Positions 1 to 16,534 of a DNA stretch of 64,000 bases are shown here, one piece after another. How positions within the stretch are numbered: the first letter of the stretch is position 1; each line of letters opens with the position of its first letter. A program made the position numbers and the translations under genes. The DNA is from the human T2T-CHM13v2.0 reference genome, Homo sapiens, in the NCBI RefSeq assembly GCF_009914755.1, contig NC_060927.1; one strand, written 5' to 3'. Below the pieces are notes generated by a model that saw only the letters and a list, made by a program, of their open reading frames with translations, searched no databases and was not told the origin of the DNA.

Positions 1-444
1 GACAAGTTCAAGTTAAACTTCCAATCTGCAATGGAGGAGTTTGTAGAGTCATTGAGGCAAAATTAATCAGAAACTCCAGGAATGCAAGAGTCAGAAAGAA
101 CACAAACTGATTTCTCTGTATTGATCACAGACCACGAGGCAGAAAATACATTGAGGCAACTGACAAGGGAGGTCAGGTTGGCACTGAAAGGGAAAAGGCA
201 TTATTAGAATTTCTTCTCAATATATTATGCTATGAACTTAAAACCTTATGATATAACAATGTAACTGAATAGCTCAAGAATATAACATGCCTGACTCTGA
301 GAAACTTTGAAGTTGAAAAGAGCCTTTCTGCGTTTTCAGATCATATTGTTGAACTCTTCACTGAACACACGTCAGAATGTTTGGCTTTTAATGTAGTATT
401 TATAGCACAGTTTTATGAACACAAGAAGATTTAATGATGTACAG

Positions 445-935
<491 letters not shown>

Positions 936-1853
936 GAAAAATCTTGATAACAATTTTCAGGCAAAGAATAAGCCATCCCCCAAAACATTACATCATTCCA
1001 AAATACCATATGCAATATGACAAAAGTTCTAGGGATGGTTGTTGGAGTTCATGCAGGGTTAATGCTTCAAATACTCTCTAGTATTAGGTTGGGGTTTAGG
1101 CAGGTTAATGTTTCAAATACCCTTTGGTATTAGTAAAAGTAATTGTAATAATAAAACAAAAATAATAAAAAGTAATAAACTGCAATTAAGTATCTATTAC
1201 TCCAAACTAAAAGTAGGATGTCTATTATTTGTTTTTAAAATTTCTAAATAGAAAGCTACTTAAAAAGTCTCCAATCTCTGGTGGGATGCCAATTTAGGCT
1301 CTTCAAAACTGTCAAAATAATTTTCTGAAGATATTTATGCTGTGTGGCCACCTACATCCTCCTCAATCGTTAAGACTCTGTGAAAACTATCTTTTTGGAA
1401 TCCCTTCACACTCCTTGATATTTCCATAACTTTAAATCCACTTGGTGTCAGTTTTATGAGATTTAAATTCCACCACCATGTCTGAAGTGTTGTAAAACCC
1501 CATCTGTCTATTCACAGACATCACTATAATTATTTTATTTATATAATCCCAGTTCAAGTAGCTGTACTAATTTAGGCTATAAGTTCACTAAGGTAAAAGG
1601 AAAAGTAATTCGTTTAAATAGTGCTTCAGGAACAAGTTCTTGATCTTGCTTTTTTCTGATACAGGATAATCTTTAAATATGAAATTTACTTTCTTAGGGG
1701 TACCCAGATATTCAGTGATACAAAGCAAATAATGTCCATTTTTAAAATTATGTTTTTGTTGTTTGATTTATTACCAACCCCCACCCCCAAAACTGATAAG
1801 ATTTTTAAAGAACGATTTCTATCACAATGTCAATATGGATGTCTTGATCCTAA

Positions 1854-2296
<443 letters not shown>

Positions 2297-2324
2297 CATT
2301 TCTTGAACTTTTAAGCAACCAGTC

Positions 2325-2874
2325 TGTGATGGTTAATATTGAGTGTCAACTTGATTGGATTGAATGATGCAAAGTATTGTTCCTGGGTGTATCTGTGAGG
2401 GTGTTGCCAAAGGAGATTAACATTTGAGTCAGTGGACTGGGAGAGGCAGACTCACCCTCAATGTGGGTGGGCACAATCTAATCAGCTGCCAGCACAGCTA
2501 GAATAAAAGCGGGCAGAAGAATGTGGAAAGACTAGACTGGCTAAGTCTTCAGGCCTACATCTTTTTCCTGTGCTGGATCCTTCCTGCTCTCAAACATCAG
2601 ACTCCAAGTTCATCAGCCTGTGGACTCTTGGACTCATACCAGTGGTTTGCCAGGAGCTCTTTGACCTTCAACCACAGACTGAAGCCTGCACTGTCGGCGT
2701 CCCTACTTTTGAGGTTTTGGGACTTGGACTGGCTTCCTTGCTCCTGAGCTTGCCAACAGCCTATTGTGGGACTTCACTTTGTGATTGTGTGAGTCAATAC
2801 TGCTTAATAAACTCCCTTTTATATATACATCTATCCTATGAGTTGTGTCCTTCTAGAGAACCCTGGCTAATACA
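2325..2874 (+). mobile_element. ERVL solo LTR, MLT2A (length fits MLT2A2)
   Basis: TG...CA termini (tgtgatggttaatattgagtgtcaacttgattgg ... gaaccctggctaataca), AATAAA near 2806, 550 bp, 5-bp TSD CAGTC at 2320-2324 and 2875-2879. Confidence 0.9.
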
Positions 2875-4133
2875 CAGTCAAATACTCATGTTCACAAGCA
2901 TTCAAATAATTTCAAGTTTTCCATTTACTTTATTTCATTTCTCCTTATTTTGTTGATTTCGCAAAATTAACTTTTTATTTTATGACTTATGTTCTCCACT
3001 TCACTCATGCTTCTGTCTATACACATCGCGCTGTCATTCCCATCCACTTATCCAGGTTAACAAACTAATAGAACAAGTATTCTTCCATAATTTTCCCTAA
3101 TTTTATTAATTTAATTTTATTTACACATACATATATTCATTTACACGTACACATTCATGCACAAACATATACATACATTGAGGGTTTGTCAGTGGTTTAT
3201 AAAATTTACAGATATTGTTTCTACAGCAACTTGCTATTCTTAATAACACCTGATGAAAATTTCTCCATATCAACTGGGATAATTCTAACACTTCATTTTT
3301 AATGATTACCTATCACTAGTAGATGCATCAAAATGTATTCAACCTTTTCCAATGTTTCGATAGCCGTCAGGTAACACACATACACACACATTGACACCTT
3401 TATTTATATGGGGTAGATTCCCAGAAATCAAAATATATGTAATTTATAATTTTTAAAGTTATAATAGAAAAAACATTATTTTACTGAAAGGGTGAAACTA
3501 TTCATATTTCTACCTGGCAAACAAATGTTATCACTTTTTTACTTTTGCTATGACCATCCTGAATTTGAGCATCTTTTTACACATTTAATAGCTCCCTGGT
3601 TTTACTCTTCTATGAATTGCTGGTAGGTTTCCTTGTTCATTCATCTACTGAGCTGTTTATATAGAAATATAATTTACAAACCTCAACTTGTAAGACATAT
3701 TTGTACACTATAGATATTAATTCTCTGGCTGTTATGTACTTCACAAATTTTCCTTAACATAATTTCCACTGATTCTCTTTATGCTAACATTCTCCATATG
3801 ATAGCTTTTAAGTTTTACTTAGAAAGTATGCCTAGATTTTCTAAATGGCTATCTTGATTAAGAATGTTTCTCCCGCCACAAAATTAAACATGTAGCCTCC
3901 TAAACATCCTTCTAAGAGTTTTATTTTGTTCATACTTAGTTCATTAATCCATATAGTACATTTTCATGTATATTAGAAGGTAAGGGCCCCACCTTTAGTT
4001 CATTCCAGATGGATAACCACTTGCATCAGTGCTACTTACTAAATGAACCATCCATTCACCATTAAATTGAAACACTATCTTTGGTATACAATCGACCACC
4101 CCAAGATCTATTTCTGGATTCTATATTTTAGTC

Positions 4134-4229
4134 CACCAATCTAACTGTCTATTTTTATGACAAATCAGATGGATTTGGTTACACCAATCTAATTGTCTAT
4201 TTTTATGACAAATCAGATGGATTTGGTTA
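4134..4229. repeat. 48-bp tandem duplication (2 copies, 1 mismatch)
   Basis: caccaatctaa(c/t)tgtctatttttatgacaaatcagatggatttggtta at 4134-4181 and 4182-4229. Confidence 0.95.
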
Positions 4230-4600
4230 CATGATGTCTCTCTAAATAATGGTGATGAAAAGAATCTTTGACAATTTCTTGATTTTAATCTCAGTAGTTG
4301 GCCATTTAGATGAATATATATGGGTTTTGATAGTTTTTGGTAAATAGTCTTTGTCATATCTACTTTATATTTCTATTTTATCTACATATTAAATAAGGAA
4401 TGGCAACTGAACATTATCAAATGCTTTTTCAGTATCCATTTAATATAGGCATATGGTTTTTCCAAAGAATTTGTTGACTCTGACTATATAGTAAAATACT
4501 TTAGTAATCCTGGAATAAACATTCCTTGCTCATTGTTATTATCCTTTTAATACATTGCTAAATTTTAATTTTTAATATTTTGGTTAGAATTTTTTAGATA

Positions 4601-4803
4601 CAGCAAGTCCTCAATGTCGCCAATAGGTTCTTGAAAACTGACTTTAAGTGGAACAATACATAATGAAACCATTATTTTTTTCATCAACATTATAATTGAA
4701 ACAACACTGAAGGGAATAACATTATTCAATGACCTGCTGTATGCTGTTTCACTGAGAAAAAGTTCAAAGTTTCTAAGAACCTGCTGGCTTTGAAGACTTA
4801 CAT
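4601..4803. mobile_element. TcMar-Tigger non-autonomous element (MER6B-like)
   Basis: Starts TA|cagcaagtcctc; internal inverted blocks aggttcttgaaaact / agtttctaagaacct; ends ttgaagacttac. Confidence 0.5.
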
Positions 4804-5043
4804 ACAATATTGGCTTTTACATTTAAATTATGTAAGCTTCATAATATGAATTGCTGAGCTTCCTACATTTCTCTAGAGCATTCATTTGGGATAGACAACA
4901 ATGTACATTCATGGTCTTACCCTAGGGATATGGTAACTCTTTCACCCATTGACATGATATACTCTCAAACAACCTAGGTAACATGGACATTCTACAGAAT
5001 ATCACATTGGTCCATTATATGAACAACATCATGTTAATCAGAC

Positions 5044-5446
5044 TGATACAATTTGACTCTGTGTCCTCACCCAAATCTCATGTTGAATTGTGATCCCTAG
5101 TGCTGGAGGTGAGGCTCTGGTGGACGGTGATTGGATCATGGGGGTGGTTTCCAATGGTTTAGCCCCAACCCCCTAGTGTTGTCTCGTAATAGAGTTCTCA
5201 CAAGATCTGGTTGTTTGGAAAGTGTGTAGCACCTCCCCCTTTGCTGTCTCTGTCCTGCCAGCCACGTGAAAATGTGCCAGCTTCCCCTTCGCCCTTCCGT
5301 CACGATTGTAAGTTTCCTGAGGCCTCCCCATAAGCAGAAGCCTGTACAGCCCACAGAACTGTGAGCCTATTAAACCTCTTTTCTTTATAAATTACCTAGT
5401 CTCAGGTGTGTGTGTCTTTATAGCAGTGGGAGAATGGACTGATACA
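5044..5446 (+). mobile_element. MaLR solo LTR (MSTA-like) inserted just after the RT YxDD-equivalent motif
   Basis: TG...CA termini, typical MST sequence, TSD CAGAC at 5039-5043 and 5447-5451; the RT reading frame resumes across it. Confidence 0.9.
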
Positions 5447-6514
5447 CAGACCAAATGAGCAACATAGGGCAAGTATATTAGAGGCCTTGACATGTGTTCC
5501 AAAAGATGGATGGAAAATCCTAACAAGATTCAAAGGTCTGCCTCCTAGCTGGACTTTTTTTTTTAAATGGGTTCGGTGATCTGGGGCTTGTTGGGACATT
5601 TCCATCAAAGTAAAGGAAAAATTACTGCTTGTCAAACCTCCCATCACCAGTTAGGCCTCTTCTGAATACTCTAACCTGTGCACCAGGGGACACAAAGGTT
5701 GCCAGTGTTAAATGGGCCCAGATCAGGAAAAGACCTTGCAGCAGATTAAGGTGGTGTGCAAGTGACCCTTCTCATGGGGTCATACAACCTGACAGACGCT
5801 ATGGTATTAGAACTACGAGCAAGAGGTAAATGCATTGTAGAGTTTCTCGCAAGTTCCAATGAGAGAATCACAGCATATGCCCTCAGGGTCCTGGAACAGG
5901 CACATGCCATCTGCAGTGGAGAACTATATACCATTTGAAAAACAGCTCCTAGAGTGCTGAGTAGAGAAAGATGCCTGTTAATGGTACATTACATGATGAT
6001 TCTGACAGAACTGCCCATCATAACCTTGGTTCAGTCAGATACACCAAGTCATAAGTCTAGGTAGGCACAAGAGAAATCCAGCACAAAATGGAAGTGGTAG
6101 ATTTGGAATGGGGCATGAGCTGGGTCAGACCATCTAGCTGCACATGTGGGTTCAAGTCAAAAATAAATTCCTGCACCTCATCTTCAATAAGGGTGATGCT
6201 GCAAGAAAGCAGTGAATGGAAATTTTCACCATGAGCAGGGCATCCGTTTTCTGTTAAAAGAAAAGGAGCCCAAGGGAAGAATACATACGAACTGAGCGAC
6301 AGTGGCAAGCAGTTTGGCTATTTGGTCAGAAGCCTAAAAGAAGAGATTGGTAGATAAAGAATAGGTATGTGATCAGAAACATGGGAGTGGGCACAAAATG
6401 TGAAGTTCTTAGTTTCAAAACTTAAGGAACACCAGAAAGCATCTGCAATTGCATTGGAAGAGGCACCAAATACTCAGGTAAGGAAGAACTGCTTGGTCAG
6501 CTGATAGCAGCCAC

Positions 6515-6842
6515 TTTTTGCTCCTGTTGTTGTTGTTGGTGTTATTATTATTATTATTTGAGACAGCTCTTTCTCTGTCACCCAGGCTGGAGTGCAGTGG
6601 TGCACTCATAGCTCACTACAGCCTTGAGCTCCTCAACTCAAGCCATCCTTGTGTCTCAGCCTCCCAAGTAGCTGGGACTACAGGCATGTGCCACCATACC
6701 CAGGTAAGTTTTCAAAATGTTTTTGTAGAGATGGGGTCTTGCCATGTTGCCCAGGCTGGTCTTTAACTCCTAGGCTCAAGCAATCTTTCCATCTTAGCCT
6801 CCCAGAGTGCTAAGATTATAGGCATGAGCCACTGTACCGGCC
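6515..6842 (-). mobile_element. AluJ
   Basis: J-type ctcactacagccttgagctcc; (TTG)n(TTA)n tail; TSD AGCAGCCA(G)CTTTT at 6506-6518 and 6843-6856. Confidence 0.9.
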
Positions 6843-7723
6843 AGCAGCCAGCTTTTATCATCAGCCTCCATAGGGCTGGCAAAATAAATGCATGAATAGA
6901 GTAGCAGCACAGATGGAGGCTACAGATGGGCCCTAAAGCATGGTCTCTTCACTTAGCAAAGCTATGCCAGCCTGCCATCAAGAGTCCAATGTCGAGTCCC
7001 CAATACGGACTAGCCTTTAGGAAACCAACATGCCACTTGGCAGTAAGTTGATTACATGAGACTCCTTGTACCTTAGAAGGTGCAGTAATTCATCCTGACA
7101 GAAATTGATCCATATTCCAGAAATGGGTTTGTCTTTCCTGTTCGAGCCTTAGCTAACGTCACTATCCAAGGGCTTACAGAGTGTTTGAACCTCCAGCCTA
7201 CTTTACAGCAAAAGAGGTGCAGGAGAGATGCAGGCACAAAGACCACTTATCTTAAATACACTCCACGACACTCAGAAGCTGTCAGACTGATAAAGAGGTA
7301 TAGGGTCACTTTTTATTAACAGGTTTTATTTTTAGTGGAGTGTTAGGTTTCCAGCAAAACTGAGAAGAAAGTACAAAGTTCTCCTGTCCCTCAACACACA
7401 TGCACACATCCTCCCCGAGTATCAATATCCCCAACCAGGGTGGTACATTTGTTATAACTGATGAGCCTACACTGACATTTCATTATCAGTCAAAGTTCAT
7501 AGTTTACATTAGGGTTCACTCTCGGTGTCCTACATTCTATGGATTTGGACCAATGTATCCACCATTACAGTAACATGCAGGAATCGTTTCACTGCCCTAA
7601 AAATCATCAGCATCTCACCTATTCTTCCTTCCCTCCATCCATCTAACCCTTGGCAACTATTAATCTTTTTACTGTCTATATAGTTTTGTGTTTTCCACAT
7701 AATTGGAATCATTTAGTATGTAG

Positions 7724-8064
<341 letters not shown>

Positions 8065-8614
8065 GGATCTGCTTCTTTCACTTAGTACTAAGCATTTAAG
8101 GTTTCTCCATGTCTTTTCATGGCCAGTGGCTCATTTCTTTTGGTACTGAATAATATTCCACTTTATGGTTGTACCACAATTTATTTATCCATTCACCTAC
8201 TGAAGGATATCTTAATTGCTTTCACATTTTGATGATTATGACTAAAGCTGCCATAAACGTCCATGTGGATATTTTCGTGTGGACATAAGTTCTCAATTCA
8301 TTTGAGTAAATTCCAAAGAAGTGCAACTGCTGGATCTTTCGGAAAGAGTATGCCTCATTTTTTAGGAGACTGCTGAATTGTCTTCCAAAATGGCTGTACC
8401 GTTTTACATTGCCACCTAGCAATGAGTGAGAGTTCTGTTGCTCCACATCCTCACCAGCATCTGTGTGACCTGTGTTTTGGATTGTGGCCATGGTAATATA
8501 TGTGTGGTGACATCTTGCTGCTGTTTTAATTTGAAATTTTCTCTGGCATATGATGCTGAGCATCTTTTCATACACTTATTTTCAATCTGTAATATCTTTT
8601 TTTGGAATGTTGTC

Positions 8615-11963
<3,349 letters not shown>

Positions 11964-12126
11964 GTGTCTATTTGGGTCTTTTGCCCATTTTGTAGTGGGG
12001 TTGCTCATTTTCTTATTGCTGAGTTTTATGAGTTCTTTGTCTATTTTTGTTAACAGCCCTTTATCAGAAATGCAAATGTTTTTCATAGCTTGTAGCTTGT
12101 CTTCTTATTATGGTGATAATGCCCAC

Positions 12127-13370
12127 TTTTTAAATAACCAAGTGGTTTATCAAGGTATACTTCACACACCATAAAATCCACCCTTTTAAGTGAATACTTC
12201 AATGGTTTATAGTATGTTCAGAGTTGTGTCACCATCATCACTATCTAAGAACACTATCTAATTTTCATCACTCCACAAGGAAACCTTGTACTCTGTAGCA
12301 GGCTCCCCTCTTCTCTTCTCCTCCCAGTCACCAGAAACCATTCATTTATTTTTTATTTCTATGGATTTGTTTATTCTGGGCATTTCATATAAATGGAATC
12401 ATAAAATATGTGATCTTTTGTAATGCCTTCTCTCACTTAGCATAGTATTTTCAAGGTACATTCATGAAATGTTAGTAAATTTTGTTTTGTAGCTGAATAA
12501 TATTCCACTGTATGGATATACCATACTTTGCTTATTCATTCATAAGTTGATGGACTTTAGAATTTTTCCTCTTTGGCTATTGTGAATAATGCTGCAATGA
12601 ACATTTGTGTACAAGTTTTTGCATGGATGTATGTTTTCATTTCTCTTGGGTAGATATCTAGGAGTGCAAATGCTACTTCATATGGGACCTCTATATTTAA
12701 CATTTTCAGGAACTGCCAGACTGTTTTCCAATGTAACTCCACCATCTTACTATCCCATCTGCAGTGTAGGAAAGTTCCAATTTCTCCTCATCCTTGTCAA
12801 CATTTGTTATATTTGTCCTTTTTAAAGTTTAGTTGTCTTAATGGTTGTGAAATATATTTCACTTTGGCTTCAATTTGCATTTCCCTAATGGCTAATGAGG
12901 TCAACCATGTTTTCATGTGCTTATTGGCCATTTGTATATCTTCCTTGGAGAAACATCAATTCAAATCCTTTGTCCAGTTTTCAACAGGTTTGTCTTTTTA
13001 TTGTTGCATCGTGAGAGTTTTTTTGTATTCTAATATAAGTCCCTTACCAGATACATAATTTATAAATATTTCATCCTATTATGTGGATTGTCTTTTTACT
13101 TCCTAACTGGTGTCCTCTGCAGCATAAAAGTTCCTAATTTTGATGAAAATCTGATTTTTCTCTTTTTTCTTTTGTCACTTGGGGTTTTAATGTCATATCT
13201 AAGAAACCCATGCCTAAATCAAGGTCCTGAAGATTTATATTTACATTTTCTTTTAAGAGTTTTCTAGTTTTAGCTGTTGGAGTTCTACCTATAATCCATT
13301 TTGAAATAATTTGGTAAATAGTGTGAGGTAGTGGTCCAACATCTTTGGCAGATGGATATCCAGTTTTCCC
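12127..13370 (-). mobile_element. L1MB (MB7/MB8-like) 3' fragment
   Basis: Antisense L1MB 3'UTR (caccataaaatccacccttttaagtg...) and ORF2 C-terminal peptide WKTVWQFLKMLNIEVPY. Confidence 0.75.
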
Positions 13371-13971
13371 ATCACTGTGATGGCATTTTGAAAATATGAT
13401 TGAAACATCCACTTGTAGAGGCCTTCTTGCATGGATGAGGCATCATCCTCCAGGACATCGTACACACCCTGAGTCAATGACTAGTATATAGTGCTGTGTC
13501 TTCAACAGGTAGGACATACAGGTTTAGGAACCAAGGGATAGAAGCAGAAGTAGCCTCAGCAATCCATATGGGAAATTTCTTTTTTCTATTTGCTGAAACT
13601 CTAAGGGCTTAAGAATTCTTGTTCCTAGAAAGGTAACATTTCCGCCAGGAACACAGCCAGACACGATTAAGTTTTATGCCATAATTTCCACCCTGTCACT
13701 TCAGGCTTCTCATGCCAGAACAGCAACAGATGAAAAAAAAAAAAAAAAGAAGGAAATGCCAGTCAGAGAGAGCTTGGAATGAATATTAAAAGACAGAAAT
13801 AGTAACTGTCCATTTCCACCTTGAGGCCAGCTGCAGAGATAGAGTATTTTGTCCTATTAGCTGCTCCCTGGTAAGTTTTTCCAGGTAGAAAAACCAACAA
13901 GAACACTGAAGAAGCTGTTTCCAAACTCTATTAAACAAAACAAATGGATGCATGGAACACAAGGGGTGGAC
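13371..13971 (+). pseudogene. ERV-L internal remnant: integrase C-terminus, dUTPase and polypurine tract
   Basis: Resumes with DGILK, then ILQDIVHTLSQ, RNQGIEAEVA; dUTPase-like GLRILVPRKVTFPPG and PPCHFRLLMP; PPT aaggggtggac at 13961-13971 abutting the LTR. Confidence 0.75.
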
Positions 13972-14386
13972 TGTAATAGTTCCCCTTCAGAATGAAATAT
14001 TCTTTACCCCAGCCTCTAGAAATACAGGTGGCTGATGGCTCTCAGCTTAGTCTCTCCAGGAACTGCCCTCGGCCAGAGTTGCCCCAAATTGTATCTCCCT
14101 CTTTAGGGATAATCTTCATGCAATTACTGGTTTTTGCATGATATATGAAAGCCCAGTCCCCTGCCTTAAGATGAGACAACTCTGAAGGGTCATTGCAGTC
14201 CAGAACCCCCCATAGGATGGGCTAAGCCTTTGATACTACTGCATCATAGTTCACCTTCCTCCCTCTTCTTAATCCTACTTCCTTTATTTTCACACAGGAG
14301 TTGATCCTGAGGACACTCTCAAACAAACTTCGTATATGCAGATCTCTGTCTCAGAGTCCATTTCCCAAAGAATGCAATCTAAGAAA
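13972..14386 (+). mobile_element. LTR16C-like 3' LTR of the ERV-L provirus
   Basis: Begins TG directly after the PPT; LTR16 motifs ggaactgccctcggc, gacaactctgaagggtca, ctctgtctcagagtc. Confidence 0.8.
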
Positions 14387-14549
14387 CTTATTAGGAGTAA
14401 ATTTTTGCAACACTCCTCACAACTGTTAGTCTTATCTACATATCCCTAAGCTATATATTTAAAATGATAAACTGATGTATGCAGAGCCTTCTTGCTGAAT
14501 ACTTTTAAAGACAGACATATATAATTTTAAGAATCAAATGGGAAACAGA

Positions 14550-14988
14550 ACAGCATAGAGATGGTCTGCATAGTCTTTGGTGTATTAAACCTGAATTTGA
14601 GTCCTTGATCCACTATTGACTATCTCTTTGCCCTTCAGTAAATTACTTGACATTTTATATCCTAATTTGTTCATCTGTAACATGGAATTAATAATAGTAA
14701 CTGCAGGCCAGGTGCAGTGGTTCACACCTGTAATCCCAGCACTTTGGGAGGCCGAGGCAGGCAAATCACATGAGGCCAGGAGTTTGAGACTAACCTTTCC
14801 AACGTGGTAAAACCCTATCTCTACTAAAAATACAAAAAAATTAGACAGGTGTGATGGCATACACATGTAATCCCAGCTGTTCTGGAGGCTGAGACATGAG
14901 AATCATTGAAACTGGGAGGTGGAGGTTGCAGTGAGCTGAGATTGTGTCACTGCACTCCAGCCTGGGTGACAGAGTGAGACCCTGTCTC

Positions 14989-15025
<37 letters not shown>

Positions 15026-15115
15026 GTAACTGCAGTCAAAGTTCATTTTACTAACTAAATAACCTAAGGCATAGAAAAGAACTAAGCATAGAGCTCAATA
15101 AAGATTAGCTATTAT
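14550..15115 (+). mobile_element. MIR interrupted by an Alu
   Basis: MIR core (cctgaatttgagtcc ... tcatctgtaacatggaattaataatagta) and 3' end (ctcaataaagattagctattatt). Confidence 0.65.
14706..15020 (+). mobile_element. Alu (old AluS/Jb-like) with (TAA)n tail
   Basis: Full dimer; TSD AATAATAGTAACTGCA at 14690-14705 and 15019-15034. Confidence 0.93.
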
Positions 15116-16534
15116 TAGTATCATAATTAATATTACTACTAGAAAGAAACATACCTGAAAGGGCCTAAACCCCAGTTCTGACACTGGTTAAACTTTACAA
15201 AGTTTCCTTGTCTACCTTGGACCTCCCTTTTCTCAACAGTAAAATGAGGAAGGCAGATGAAAAGTCGCTAAGCTATCTTTCTGCTCCAAAAAGCTGTGAT
15301 TCTTTAGATGCAAGGACCCAGTGATTTGCATCAGTGGTTTTTCGGTACTAACAACCCCTGAGATGTTGACGATTCTTCCGCAGTGAAGGAGAAGCAATGG
15401 CCATCCCTGCTCCTTTGGGGCCTCATTAGTGCCCGCTCCCCAGCAGCTCAGAGGATTCCTTGTTATCAGGAAGCTTTGGCGTGTGGCAGTTGCTGTGTAC
15501 CTTGTGCTTACACAGCCTACCTCTACCAGCAGGGAGCCTGTGGCTGGCAGTCAGTCCTCACAGAAATGAAGGGTAAACATAAAAGATTAAAATAAAATGA
15601 GACACACACAACCAACTTGGACCAAAAAAGAAAAGAAAAAAAAAAGCAGTACTGAGCACAGTTTTAGTACTTCTGCATTGCTCAAAGGGGGAAAAAGGAA
15701 AAGATAGAAATTCTGACTTCTTAGAAAAAATGAAGGTGCAGCCATCCTATTTTATTTCAATCTGTTTTCTTCTCTGTAAATGACTTCCTGATTATACCAT
15801 GCAATTGCTTAATATAATAACATACAAATTTTGTAGTTTCTCAAAGTATATTTCAGTGACCGATAACCAGAATTATGGAGTCAACTCTCTAATGTGTGAT
15901 GAAATCATTAACATCTGAGACACTGGGGCACACTAATATCCCTAAATCCAAAATATTTCACCTAGTTCAGAATATGCACCTCCAAGGAAACTAACATCAT
16001 GCATCATCCATTCAAAGAGTGGCAACTCAACAGGCATGCTATTTCTGCAGTCACCCAAATGTACTGCATGACCATAGAGGATGTCAATATACGGTATCAG
16101 TCCTGCTCAGGCTGTGAAACGAGATAGCCCAGGGTGCAAATTTCAGCAGCACACTCACTGGCTAGATACCATCAAGCACATCATCACACTCTTTAATGTA
16201 TAAGTTCCTTCCTCATCTCTAGAACAGGAATAACAATGGCACACACCTCTTGAGGATCAGATAAGTTAATACCTACAGAGCATTCAGTGCAGGGCATGGC
16301 ACAGAGTGACTGCCTGATAAGGGTTATCACTTATTATGGATGTTGTTGTTATTGATGGTAATCTCATATCCACAGATGACAGCTGGCTATTATACATGCC
16401 TTAGATGTCTTACTTGCTTACAAATGCCTTAAGAGTTTAAATTTTGTGTTTAAAAATAAAATATATAATAAAAATGACAAGGATACATATATACAAACAT
16501 ATGAATACATGCACATATTTATAGAAATTTAGAA

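Larger units (their letters stand above)
3190..4870 (-). mobile_element. Ancient L1M (L1ME-like) fragment
   Basis: T-rich antisense L1 ORF2/3' motifs (ttgagcatctttttacacattt, ttattatcaaatgctttttcag-like); very diverged, boundaries approximate. Confidence 0.55.
4878..7305 (+). pseudogene. ERV-L (HERV16/ERV3-16A3-like) pol remnant: RT, RNaseH and integrase core, with stops and frameshifts
   Basis: From 4878 translates AFIWDRQQCTFMVLP*GYGNS...QNITLVHYMNNIMLI (ERV-L FTWEGQQYTFTVLPQGY...ITLVHYIDDIML). Later matches: GSYNLTDAMVLE, YIPFEKQLL, ELPIITLVQSD, and integrase-like ATWQ*VDYM, ILTEIDPYSRNGFVFP, HSEAVRLIKR. Interrupted by MSTA and AluJ. Confidence 0.85.

Noticed and set aside
5016-5027. RT YxDD motif reading YMNN as evidence of APOBEC3 G-to-A hypermutation
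   Set aside because: CpG decay of an ancestral ..C GAC GAC gives the same result, and I cannot show a strand-biased excess without a consensus alignment.
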